This document shows, in pieces, positions 14,801 to 27,661 of a stretch of 64,000 nt of DNA (positions are counted from its first letter, which is position 1; every line of letters starts with the position of its first letter). Made by a program: the position numbers and the translations under genes. This DNA is from Trichoplax sp. H2 (taxonomy: Eukaryota), in the NCBI GenBank assembly GCA_003344405.1, contig NOWV01000105.1, forward strand, positions 186,001 to 250,000, in the 5' to 3' direction. Below the pieces are notes generated by a model. The model had not been told where the DNA came from. It saw only the letters and a program-made list of their open reading frames with translations, and searched no databases.

Positions 14801-15394
14801 TTTCATTTTCTCATAACATAAACAGGAAATTTATCTACTGGAGCTGCCGTAGATTGTGAACAAATTGACGGTTAGTTCCCTGATTTGTATAGTATACTCT
14901 AAGATAAGTTATTTTTTCATCATTAATTTGGGATTGAGGCCTTTCAATAACGAGATAATGATCAATTTCAAGTATTTAAAATGAGAAATTTCTAAAATTT
15001 CATTTCTAGAACTTGCTATCGAGGCTGAACCTCCTGGCTATTCGAGTAAATATGACATTACTTTTATAGCCTTAGTAAAATTAAAGAAGCAATTGTAATT
15101 AGTTAATGATATTGCTTTTTGTTTGAAATATCAGCTTCTGTTACTGGACGTGCTAACTCACCGTTGGGCGGAATAGAGTCCCAACAGCAATCGATTGATC
15201 GGGCTTGTATGATAAGAGAAAACTCAGCTCATCATATTATAGTAAATAGAGTGCAGGGTAAGAAATATTATTCTTTTTTATTCGTTTTTTTGGTGATAAC
15301 TTGGGAATTAGTAAAATTGTAGTATTAACCATTTTCATCTTTTTGTATTTGACCAGAATGTGAAATTTTGCCGGATTATGATTCTCTGAATTGA
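11808..15394 (+). CDS. Type I membrane protein: signal peptide, LRRNT cap, LRRCT-like segment, Ser-rich stalk, TM helix, cytoplasmic tail with PY motifs (may be partly pseudogenised)
   Basis: Exons read by eye: 11808-12013 (MKTILMINLLVFSTVEG signal; CPTNCRCYKRQIFC LRRNT), possibly 13279-13451, then 13909-13959, 14320-14630 (TM NILFIIIFSIFSVLLIGILTYC then RWKIKR; PPPSY), 14826-14870, 15010-15045 (PPGY), 15135-15257, 15357-15394 (LPDY, TGA). From 13909 onward all junctions are phase-1 GT-AG and give one open frame. The link across 12014-13908 is uncertain. Confidence 0.65.
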
Positions 15395-18300
15395 TAGCAT
15401 TTAAGAAGTTGTAGTTCGGACTGATTCATGAAATTTGTGTTTCGATAAATGAACATTTGAGTTCGAGTATTATACTAACAGACTTGAATCATACACTACT
15501 ATATAATAATAATGTATAAAAAATTTATGTGCTTGCGGCACTGATTTTATTTCGTTTATGCAAACTGACAATTACGTATGGAAATTAATAATGGAAAATT
15601 TCTCATTAAAGTAGCTGAAATAATGTTAATTAATATCTATGTAGTCTGTTACTGACAATTGTACACTATTGATGAAGGAGCTTTTACATACTACATTAAC
15701 TATCTGTTATTATAGCCTTGAAATCGAATCAATTTTTAATCTGGATTCTTAATCCATAGCCCCAAATTGTTCTATGCAGACACTTAAAGGTGAAACTAAC
15801 TCTTAAGAGTTAGACCTAAATTCTTGAAATATTCAGATGAGCTGTATAAATTTCTAAGATTTCATTGGAAATGGAATAAAATATACGGTGTAATACCGAT
15901 ATAGTAAGTCAAATGAGATACGTGAAATTAAGACGTGTATTATAAGTGTAATATTAGTAGCATAAAAACTTATTTACTAATACTAGTCAACTTCTGCTAC
16001 ACTATAGCATAATTTTACATTTGCATGATCTATATTGTCTTATATAAATTCATTAAATTACTTAGTGGAATTCTATTCACACCCTATTTTAATTGTATAT
16101 AAGAAATGGCATAACATAGAAATAAATTTCTCTAATTCCTATTTCGCATTTATAATTAATTCTCTCCTGTTGCGCTTCAAGCAATATAAAATAAATTCTA
16201 ATCATCTTTCTAGTAAGTTACAATAGTTCTACTAGGTACACAGTAAGCAATTATTCTTTATCTTTTATCTTTACGATAGCTATTCGAATAGTGAACGTCA
16301 TTTACCTATGCTGTTGCCTAATACGACTTTTACTGATCCGTAGCATAATAAAATATTGCTTTTATCCTATTAATCTGGTATATTTCTTGCTTTGATAATG
16401 AGCTCTCAATATTCCATAACATTACGTAGTCGAATCATTAATTTATTGATATCATGATGCTGTATACTGCTAATACATCTTCTTTGTTTAACCTAAATAA
16501 TTAAAAACATGGAAATATTGCACAGAGGTGATTTAGCTTTAGGCAGAATTTTATAAGTAGTACATTTGTTGTTTTACGGCTGTATTTGCTTTTATGGACT
16601 ACTTCAAATCGAAATTTATGACTCGGAAATTAAGATTACTACAAGAAAAAAGTAAGAGTATTCTATTGGATTTATCCTTCCCAATATCTACCTGCAATAC
16701 GACTCTTAACACTGACAATGTCCTTATTACACAATTATCAAAGCAGCCACTGTTTACAAAATCTAAATTTTATACCGCCTACTGTAATAATTTTACCATT
16801 CCTTAGCAATTTTACGAATTACAGTTTAGGGACAGAGTTTATTTTTGCAAAAGAATTTTATTACTTTACATTAGTAATGACGCATTAACGTAACTGGATA
16901 AATAATGTTGATACGAAACGACTAAATTAAGGTAATCGTAACTTAAATTATTGTACTAAAGATATGCTGAGATTAGGATAATGACTAAGTAAGCAGTTTT
17001 TAGAGGTATCAATTGTTGAATAAGGTAGTTTTTAATTGCATCATTGATATTTTTGATAGCACCTGTTTATAGCCAACTCGATATGATGATAGTAGCTGAT
17101 GTCAAATACTGTCATTAACGATTGATAAGATGTACGTCCGTCAACCGCGTGAAATATTATTTTTAAAATCGTCTCTTAGAGTAAGATTTATTAATATAAT
17201 GTCTCCAGAATACAACAAAAAGCATAATCTCTTGTAAAATATTGAAATTGTGCCTATATAATGGGAAGTATTGCTTTGTATGGAAAATTTTTAGTCGTAG
17301 TGGCGTTTTGAAAAGGTGAGGAATAGATTCTTTCATAATGACTTTAGAATCAAGATCTTATAATATGGGAATGGTAAAGTTATAATATCGAACTATTGAA
17401 GCAAAAACTACAGAAATTTCTTTATATACGAGTAGTCTGTAGCTCCGACAGTATTTTATAGAAATACATGATATTGAGCAAGCTAGATTCATTCCGGTAG
17501 AGAGGTATTCTAAACATTATTGATGATGTAGCCAACAAAATTGTAGATATTGGATACTGTGAATCATGTACGCAAGGTATTTATTTACTTGATCAATTGC
17601 CATGAGAGAATAGTTTAAATTGCAACCCAACTTCATCATCTATAATCACTGCAATAGTATATTACAGCAGCTACTTTCTTATACGACTATATCCCTAAAC
17701 GAAGTATGCTACAAATAAAAGCGTAAACAATATCAAACCATAATCCTTTTACTCACCCGAAGCGGTCTAAATCGCATTCAAATACATCTACTTTTAATAC
17801 TAATTAGTAAACTTATCTAAGAGTACTGAATCACAAAATCCTTGATCAGTGAAATAATGCCTTAAAAGTATTTGTACTGCGGCTTTTTAACCTCAATCGA
17901 TTGTTATTTGTTAATCAATAATTAATTTTTAAATAATCATATACCAGAAATTTGATTGTTTCATTATTTAAAATTCATAGCTTCAGAATTTTTGTACTAT
18001 AGTGCAAAAATTTTATCAGGAACATAAACCACTGGATGGCGCTTTTGAATATCTGCTGGCTGTAATGGAATTAATATTGCGATACAATAGTAGAGGTAGA
18101 AATGAATAAAGATACATAAAGACTAAAAATCATAGTTATTTTAACCTCTATTAAATTCTTGAAAGCATGTTCTTACACACTGTATTATTATTTGCAGGTA
18201 GAGTTAATATACATATTTTTTAGATAGGCTGCCATATACTAAGGCATAATAACATGACGGCCAAATCTATGCGCGCAATAATAATTGCAGTGCATTATAG

Positions 18301-21300
18301 TGAAACTTTACCCGAAATATTGTACTTATAGTTTTGTCCATAAATTCTATTAGGGTAGAATAACTACGAGATAGCTTTACTTTTCTTCTGATTGCATGCC
18401 AATTACTCAAAATGTAGGCATTATAATTGCACAGTAACACATTTTATAACGCGCCTAACATACATATCATTACGTAGTATGTATCATCTTTAGTCAGAAT
18501 TGATTAATCAACGTTTTGATCACTGCATTACATTTCTTATGAAATGACTTGATTGGTGTTTTAGGCATAATGAATGCACACACCTTCAAAGGAAGGTTTA
18601 AATCAATACCAAATCTAGAATGTAGGTTGTTGTTAGTCTCACAGCATTCATGCTCAATGTAAGTATGTTATTATGATAGGGTTCTTTAAAGTACGAGTAC
18701 TAAATTATACCTTAATTTGTTAGGCTAGCATTAAAAGATAATCTTTTATAAAAATCTAGCTTCAATTTGATTAAATTTGCAAATAGTTAGCTAAACTTAG
18801 TAAAACACTAATCCTATCTCACGGCAATTATGACTGATACATATATAGTCAGTACTTCAGAGAGTTATTAAACTGCTATGTAAGACACGTTTGGTGGTCT
18901 GCTCTGATAGAAAGTTTGTGTGTTTGTGCTTGAGTACATATGTGCACATTAACGTTTTCTTTATCACTGTTACAATTAATTTTAAGTAATTGAGCTAATT
19001 TGTCTGTTTACATAAAGTGTTACTACTACTTTTTATTTGTTTCATAGTTTTCGGCAAGATTTATACTATCAAAGTACAGGCACGCTTGTTAAAGTTCCTC
19101 CTCAGTTTTAACCGTAAAACGTAGACTTGGTCTGATTTAATCGTTCTGCCTTTAAGCAGTTATGCAACGTCAAAATTTTGCATTAGTAGTAGTGATTCAG
19201 TAAATCCACTTAGATGACCCTTTCTAAGTAACTGTTTTCGATATTTTTTGAACTTCTTAGATATAGAAAAATTCATCCACCTGAAGAGTATTCAGTTCAA
19301 GCACTATGCCTAGTACTGTAAATATCATCTAGTTAAGTCAATGGTTATGTATGACATGAAGTTATACAATTCTCTAACTATCTTAACCATTATAATTGTC
19401 GGATTATGCCAGTGCGAAGGGATCTATCAGGCTTTGAAAGTCAGCAAAGTTGTGAGGGCTCCGACCACTAGCAAATATACGGGAATACTATAATCAGCTC
19501 AGAGTAAAGAATAATGAAAAATGATAGACAGGATTGCAATCAACGCCTAATTGTTATACTATAAAGAATAGGATAGGCTGTATACTGAGCATATCGCTAT
19601 GATCAGGAATGAACATAACCATGGCAATGTACGAAAGAAAGGCTATTGATACTCTTTTTTTGACTGCTCTCATAAACTGCGATACTACCTATTTTAACGA
19701 CTATTTTTGTCTATATATAACATGCATTTAATCAAAGCTAGAGCATCCAACACTACTATGCTACCTATCGTGAGTAATCAAACAGGATATCCATTCCTTC
19801 CTTAATCAATGTCTAGCCAGCTTGAAGGACTATAGCAGACCAGGAGATAACGATCGTTACAACTTTTGCAACATTTCTGCTGAAGTTGAGTTAAAAGTGC
19901 AGCTGGTCAATTTTCTTAGAAAAGGATTTTCTCTCTAATAGGATAATCTTTCCGGATCATAAACTGAGAGTGAACTTGTTGCACTATTTCGATTAAGTCT
20001 TTATCTAGTGATTGTGATCTTCACTTCGATATTACTACTACAGTATTTTGTTAGTCTTAACTCACTCCAATACGCACGGTACCAATTTTACGGGCTCAAT
20101 CTTAAACGTTTTCTTTATGTATACTTGTAGTGATGCACTTATATTTGATTATACGGATAGCTATATTTGATATAGTTAGGTTGCATTGAATAGATATTGT
20201 CGTGAAGCTAATATTAAATGATTACTAACTACTATACTAGAAATTGTTGATGACTAATAGTAGCCAGTTGACTAATTATGGTACAAGATTTATGTAGCTA
20301 GAAACACTATAGTTGTTAAGATGCCCTTCGGAGAAAGGGCCTAGGCGTTAATAGAAGAGTAGTGACATCTTAAGTAGAATGATTTAGATGGTAGAAACTA
20401 ATGATGCACTATTAGAGAAAATTATTTTGTTTGATGACTCATGTCTGATTGTAGATTAATCAAGTGGTCATAAATGGATTTAACGAAATGTTTATAAGAA
20501 CTGCAGAGATGAGCTCACAGAGGAGAAGTGACTTCACTTCGCTTTGAGCTCGGAATACTTTAGATTTCAGACTAGATTCTTCTACTAATTAATTATTGCT
20601 CTACTATTCCTAAAACCTTTTAATAAAAGCCTTATAGAAAATACCATTTAACTAACATAGTAACTATGAGACGCATTTATTTCATTGCTGTAGCTCTGCA
20701 ACGCCTAATTCCTTACATTTCAGTCCGGTAGTATCCTGTCTTTCACCGTATTCCATCTATTTAAGATGTTTACAAGCGCAAAACTTAATAGTACTAAGTT
20801 AATAACTCAGAAAATTTGTGCAATAGTGTTACGATGCGTAAGCTCGTCCTAATTATTGAGTAATATTAAATATTGTTTGTATAGGAGTTTCTGACGAGAC
20901 TATAAAAGGCTGGTGCCTGAAGATCCTTTTTAGTTAGTTAGTCGGTTGGATGGTCAATTAGTTTTTCAATTGATATTTAATTGTAAAGACTATAATCTTG
21001 GGTGCCGAGATTTCTTCAGTATTAAATGATAGTAAATCTCTGACTTTCTCGTCTACACTATCTGTGACGCTATAATTATACCATAGTATTCGGTCGTTGA
21101 AACTGAATTATTTGGTGATATAGCTAATCTCGCCTCTTTAAGTTAGTAAGTGGTGGTCTCCGCAAGGATTGGCGTGTGTAGACTACTTTGTCACTAGTGG
21201 TCTGTGACAAATGGTAATACTACTTTTGAATGATTAGATAAAGCTTGTCTGAAATGAAATTCTCTCATTTAAAAATTTATTTCTCATCTCCAAACGAGAA

Positions 21301-21969
21301 AGTTTTTGCTAAATATTAATAGTAAAAGTAATGATTTAAAACTGTAATCTTTGAGTAAAATATTACAGCTACCGGATGAGATGTTTGACGGTTTTCGTAC
21401 GTCTACCTATATTTCCAATTGGAACGCTATATCAGTACGCCTTATAGTTCTACTAACTAAAGTCGATTTCAAGGATCTGACTAACAATGAAATTCTGTTT
21501 TAACTACTGTATGTGCAAGATTCTAGTAGTCCATGGTGTAAATGTACTTAATGGTTAATGCGCTTACGCTACTTTTATTTACAAACTAAATATTTATGTG
21601 CAAGTATCAGAGGCTGTGTATTCGAATAGTTTTATGTTATAACGGTACGTTTGCGCAAGTGTTTTTATTATTAATTAATTAATATGCAAAATCATCAACA
21701 AACATTCAGACGGACGCAAGGAAATTTGAAGAGTAAAGTATTAGCAAGCTGCAGTGTATCAAAGTTTCAAGAGCTTATCCCTTCATCTCGTCTTATTTAG
21801 TTGCTGTTTATCTATTAATTGAAGGAAGCTAACGAGAACCAAATGATATATCATTTTGCGATTGAATAATTTCTGCCGTAAATGGTTACCCTGCTACTGT
21901 TGATCACAATATTATACATCACTTTGCAAGCTAGAATTTATTCAAGAAAAGTTACGATTCAATCAACTG

Positions 21970-24900
21970 ATGGCGTTTAGGCTAGAAATGAGTATAATGA
22001 CATGGTTTTCCATCGCTATTGCAATAATTACTGCATATATAATTAAGCAAATGGTATTCAAATTATTATCACCGTTAAACAAAGTGAGTCCTGTAAGATA
22101 CGTTAAAAATGTTATGTTCTAATGGTGCCTATTTTAGATCTAGTCTTACCACCGCTAATTACGTTATAACTATTGGTACAGCAATATTGCTAGTAATCCA
22201 ACTATGTAACTGATTCTGAATCGTCAACAAACAATTTAAGTTAGAGGCATTAAATCGCTATTTGCCTGTAGTACGCGGTTTAGGTTAACTTTTACTTTTC
22301 ATCATTTGTGTTGTTGATGAATAGTAAATAATATTTTAAATGAAATCAGAATCTAGCTTAGAAATTAATAACAGTTAAATTTATTTTCTCTACGGTAATA
22401 ATTAAAATGTCCGAGAGTTACTGCTCATTGCTAATATCTGATCCTACCTCAGTAAGTTGTAATTATGGTTATGATTGTATGCACGATAAGTTATAACAAC
22501 GGTAATTAAAGGCAGCAGCATCATATCTTACAATACAGAGTGGGTGATTTAAAGAAAATCACCATTCAAAGTATCATTTTGCTGCTTCTATTTAGATTCC
22601 TGGCCCTTCAACTTGGTCGCCTTTGGGGCATTTACCTATAATTGTCAAGGAGGCAGTTGGTGACCCTTTTATACAGTTCGTATTATCATAACCAAATATC
22701 CATCAAATCAATATTTCCAGAATTATTCAATATTCGTCTGAAAGTTTCATGCGCTTAATCTAAGTCATTATCTTAAACAATTTATCATAGCAAAAAACTT
22801 TGAAACTTATAAACGAATTAGCAATTGTGAAGTAAATTGCTTCAGATTTATTGACTAGTAGTCATTATAAAGGTACTTAAGCCTTGATATATGAAATCTA
22901 TTCTATTAAAAACGTTTGACTATTTTTACATTTCGCTACTTTAAAGATATTGATCGAGACTTTTACCCAATGCAACAAATACTGTAATTTCCTTACTTTT
23001 TATTCAGATGGTTTGAACAATATGGAGGTATGATTCGTTATAGCTTTCCAGTCTATGATCAACAGATTGCAGTGATTGATCCAGAATGTATTAAACACAT
23101 TCTCTTCACGCAATGCACTAAATACCATAAACCTCTACTTACAAAAAAGTAAGTTATAAGATTGACTATTACGAAAGCCATTTAGTAAAATGGATTGAAT
23201 TTGTCGTATTAATACTGGTAGTGTAATTCTGCTGTAAGACTTTAATATTTGGTCTTGATTGATCTTTTTTCCAAATTGAACGAAGAATCTCTATAGATGT
23301 TCTTGGTGAAGGACTAGTTTTACTAGAAGGTCAGAAACATGCTAAAGCTCGCAAAATTATAAATCCAGCCTTTAACTACGGTAAAATTAAAGGTAACTAA
23401 CTGTCGTTATGCCAAATGCTACATAGCTGAATACTCTTTAAGTGGTTTCTTATTTGATAGCTTATTTGAAAGCAATTTGGTGCTTTTACGTCACTTATTG
23501 CAAAATAGATATTATGTAGCATAATTCTTTTCTTTCAATTCCAAGAGCGATAAACTAGTGCATATAAAACTATACTCCAGCATCCGTCTAATTTCTTAAT
23601 CTTATTTATACATCCTGACTCGATGGAAGGCCATTTAATTTGTCATGTTATTGCTATATCGCATATTAGCGCTATTACCTGTTTTTCAAAATTTTGGCCA
23701 ATCTCTGGTAAATTACTGGCAAAATGAAATTGACGAACGCGGTAGTCAGAGCGCTATATTAGATGTACAGAAAGACTTAATTCGAACCACACTTGATATT
23801 ATATGCAAGTGCGCTTTTGATTATGACTGTCATGCTTTAACCGACGCGAATAATCAAGTTACTCATGCTTTTACAAAGGTTTTAGGAGGACTTTCTTTAA
23901 GGTAAGCAATATGTATACATAAGTTTGTAATACATTACTCAGCAGAACTACAATTATTTAGGCCGGTAACGTTTTCTAGAACTGAGTCGGTCTCATAGTT
24001 GATGGCCTACCTGCTTAATTATTTTATTAATGGCGACATTTAAACTTTTTCAGCTGGACATTCTTCATTCCGGGTTTAAAATATTTGCCCACATCGGGAA
24101 ACTTAGAAGTAAAGCGTGCTTTATCAATAACGCATAATATAGTAAGGAAAGTTATTGACGACAAATTGAAGAAGGGGATTACAGGTTCCAAAGGAATTTA
24201 CATTTAATTGAATAAAAAATTGCTAAATTATTTTATATTATTATTAAAATGGGATGTTTTTAATTAATTAAAGAGATTACTAGTAAAGTCAAACTCAAAT
24301 TATAGTTAAACACGATCTAATTATTATAGGAGAAAATTGTTTGCTAGATATTTTATTATCACAACAAGATGGAGAAAATAATGTTACCTTTACGAGCAAA
24401 GAATTACAAGATCATATTATGACATTTATGTCTGCTGGTCATGAGGTTAAGACAATTGTATAATAAAAAAATGGCTATTATTAATCGTAACAGAATTACT
24501 AAGCAAATTAACGTAAGTTGCATTTCTTTAATATCTGATCGGTGATAAATACATTCTATCAAGACTACAAGTGTAGCGTTGGCTTGGACGTTGTATGCAT
24601 TAGCTAATAACCCTGCAGTTCAAGTTAAAGCGCGACAGGAAATTTTCAAGGTTGTACAGACAGGCGATAACATCAGATGGGATACTTTTGATAAACTACC
24701 ATATCTTGATAATGTTATCAAAGAGTCACTTAGGTAAAGAATCAATTATTTATAAAATTTTGAATATGTTTTCTAAAATACTCATACTAAAGCAAGAAGT
24801 ATAACTATGAAATAAATTCTATACATGATTATAATTATTACTTATACTAGTCTGACATTCCTTTGGCTTGCTACTTGATCTGTAGACTATATCCGCCAGT

Positions 24901-25549
24901 GCCATTGATTTTTCGACAAGCGATAGCTGACGATAAGATAGGAGAATATTTCATTCCCAAAGGATCTATAATTACAATTATACCACCTTATAGGTACGGT
25001 AACTTTAACGTGGATACTATAACTAGTATTATAAATTGTTTTAGAAAGTAATGTCGATGTTGCAGCTACGCTCCTAACTTATACGTTCATAAATGTTCGA
25101 ATTTTCTATATTGTGCAATAATAATGAGATTAAAAAATAAGCGTAAAGATAGAAGTAGCCTTAACGCATACGAATAAATTGATATCTCGGTGAAAATATT
25201 ACAGTGCTTCAAGTTAATGTAATAGCAAGTTTGAAAATTTGAAACTGTTTATATTCAAACTATTTTTAGGTTTCCTAGTTATTTTCAAGAACCCTTAAAG
25301 TTTGATCCAGATAGATGGGATAACTCAGCAAAGAATACTAGTCCCTACGCTTATTTGCCATTTCTTAGAGGACCACGAACTTGTATTGGTTCGAAATTTG
25401 CTACAACCGAAATGAAATGCTTGCTGTCTCTACTATTAAATAATTTCTTGTTCAAACCTTATCCAAATCAAGCGGTTGAAAGAAAATACCAGTTTACAAT
25501 GAAACCAGATCCTGCTTTGAAACTTATCGTCTCACCGGTGTTGCTATGA
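21970..25549 (+). CDS. Cytochrome P450 paralog A, intact, 10 exons, about 492 aa
   Basis: Exons 21970-22083, 22596-22675, 23008-23148, 23286-23392, 23670-23901, 24054-24184, 24330-24445, 24564-24733, 24886-24993, 25270-25549 total 1479 nt in frame. N-terminal anchor, IPGP hinge, I-helix AGHETT, K-helix KESLR, FDPDRW, heme motif FLRGPRTCIG. Confidence 0.93.
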
Positions 25550-25614
25550 TAATTATCGAATAATATTTCATTTTAAATGTAATTTTAATTGAGTGCTATT
25601 TAGCACGTTTCTTA

Positions 25615-25747
25615 AAATTTGAATTGAAATATTTAGGCGATGAAATTTGCGGTATATATGTTAACGGCAATTTGCGAAATCAGGCATTTTGCAAAATGCC
25701 TGAAATTTGAATTGAAATATTTAGGCGATGAAATTTGCGGTATATAT
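25615..25747. repeat. 45-bp identical direct repeat (25615-25659, 25703-25747) with a 24-bp perfect palindrome (25680-25703) at the junction
   Basis: aaatttgaattgaaatatttaggcgatgaaatttgcggtatatat occurs twice; tcaggcattttgcaaaatgcctga is its own reverse complement. Confidence 0.9.
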
Positions 25748-26548
25748 ACGCGTCTATATATATAATTTATGACCGGCATTCACATCAAGGTGTTCATTTT
25801 CTAAGATAAGATTGAATATTCTAATTGGTGATCGATGCTAATTTATATTACTGGTGATTAGTTTAATTTTCTTCGTCTAAAAATACACATTAAAGAATAC
25901 AGTAGAGATAGAAAAGATATTGCCTGTTTCAAAAATATATTTTTTACTAGACTCTTGGAAATTTATTCATTTTAGGGTACAATTGATAAATAACGCCTTG
26001 TGAACTAGGCTATTTTGCGTTTAATAAGATTTGTAATAGCAAAGTACCGCAATATGTATCCTATAAATTAAGCTACTATCCTCCATTTTCTATTACATAG
26101 TGCGATAAATATCAGATTCAGTGAGTATTAAAGTCTAAAATCTACTCGCAATACATTCTGTACTGCATCTCGTCCAGTAACGTACATACTGTATCATTTC
26201 ACTGCCAGTTTTAACTGACAAATTGAAAAATAGCTTGAGAATCTATTGCTTCAATTCAGCGTAAACAGGCACATAAAATTATTCATTAGCACTCATTAAT
26301 CAGCCATTGCAGATACCTGAGTATCAAACATTGTAAAGGTTGCAATCTCCAATCTGGTACTACTTTTTACACTGTTACTCGGTGTTTTAAAAAATGTTTA
26401 ATTTGGATAACAGTGTTATGAGTAGTTATAGATACTGTACCAAATAATTATCTAACTTAGTGTATGAGCCAACCTATTTGGCTTTAAGCTAAGGAGTAAA
26501 GTAGTCTTGAGTAGTGAAAACTTCAGATCTAAAGTAAGTTTGTTCTTG

Positions 26549-27661
26549 TCATTGACTTGCCAATTTTTGAACTAATTCATCTACATGTATCTTATCGTCG
26601 ACACTTGCTGCTCGATTAAGTATGACTTGCAATACACCAGGGATGGGTATTCTGTTATTGCTGTCGATGATATCAAACGTATTATCAATCATAGCTGATA
26701 ATCCACGAGAAGATTTGTCGCAATATAGATCATCTAGGGATCGATCATAGATGAATAGTAAAGTGTAAAAGTCCGTCAAGGCATCTGGTTTATTGTCCAA
26801 TTCACAATATCGTTTTGGATCTTTAAAGATTTCCTTATATTCATGAACTTGTGGACTAAGCTGCAAGTATGCAGTGTACGGTATATCAAAGCAAGACAGG
26901 CCTAAGTTGTCGCATAAATTCGTTACAGAAGTATGGACCGATAAATCAAGGCATTCTTTAGGCGTCGGAATTAATGATTTAGTTTTACCTGTAGCATAGT
27001 TGAATAACGAAACATGCGTATTCGGTTTAAGGCAACTGTGTGATAAAACTGCGATACCATCGCTTGATAGTAAATCAGAACAGATTTTATCTAGAAGTTC
27101 TTTAAAGCGAGCCTGATCATGATGCGATGATATAAAATAATAACCACAATGCAATAGATATACTAACTTAAAGTCTTTTATACGACGATCTCCAGCTTGT
27201 GAGCCAAGAAGTAATCTCGTAATATTACATTTCATAACATCCGCATGCAAGACACGATAGTTATTTAACGGAATTATTTTAGCTTGCATGGCCTTGTACA
27301 AATTATCTCCAGCTATTCCATTGGTAGAATTCAGTTTTTCGCAATCCTGTTTATGATCAATACTGTCGTTGTCAGTCAATCCAGTATAATCAGGGTTATT
27401 ATCGACAGCGATTAAATCGATACCGGATTGAAATTGGATATTTCGTAGATATTTTACAATTCTATCCCCAGCTCCACAGCAAATGTCAGCTACACGAATA
27501 GGATCGTCCTGATCACAATTTACTAATCCTTTCTCTTTTAAACCGTTGATTAAGGCTTGATGTAATAGGGCTTCTGTTTGTGGTTGATTACTTGCATTTA
27601 TAAAAGCGCTAAACGCTTTGCTGTATTCGAATACATGCGTTTTTATTGTTGTCTTTTCCAT
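26549..27661 (-). CDS. Intronless class I SAM-dependent methyltransferase, histamine N-methyltransferase-like, 370 aa
   Basis: Motif I IRVADICCGAGD; acidic post-I AVDNN; N-terminal YSKAFSAFINASNQ resembles the HNMT 'YxxsFxxFlxxS' helix; FKLVYLLHCGYYF followed by LLSSDGIAVL resembles the HNMT beta4/beta5 region. The family call is from recalled motifs only. Confidence 0.75.
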   Translation of the reverse strand: MEKTTIKTHVFEYSKAFSAFINASNQPQTEALLHQALINGLKEKGLVNCDQDDPIRVADICCGAGDRIVKYLRNIQFQSGIDLIAVDNNPDYTGLTDNDSIDHKQDCEKLNSTNGIAGDNLYKAMQAKIIPLNNYRVLHADVMKCNITRLLLGSQAGDRRIKDFKLVYLLHCGYYFISSHHDQARFKELLDKICSDLLSSDGIAVLSHSCLKPNTHVSLFNYATGKTKSLIPTPKECLDLSVHTSVTNLCDNLGLSCFDIPYTAYLQLSPQVHEYKEIFKDPKRYCELDNKPDALTDFYTLLFIYDRSLDDLYCDKSSRGLSAMIDNTFDIIDSNNRIPIPGVLQVILNRAASVDDKIHVDELVQKLASQ

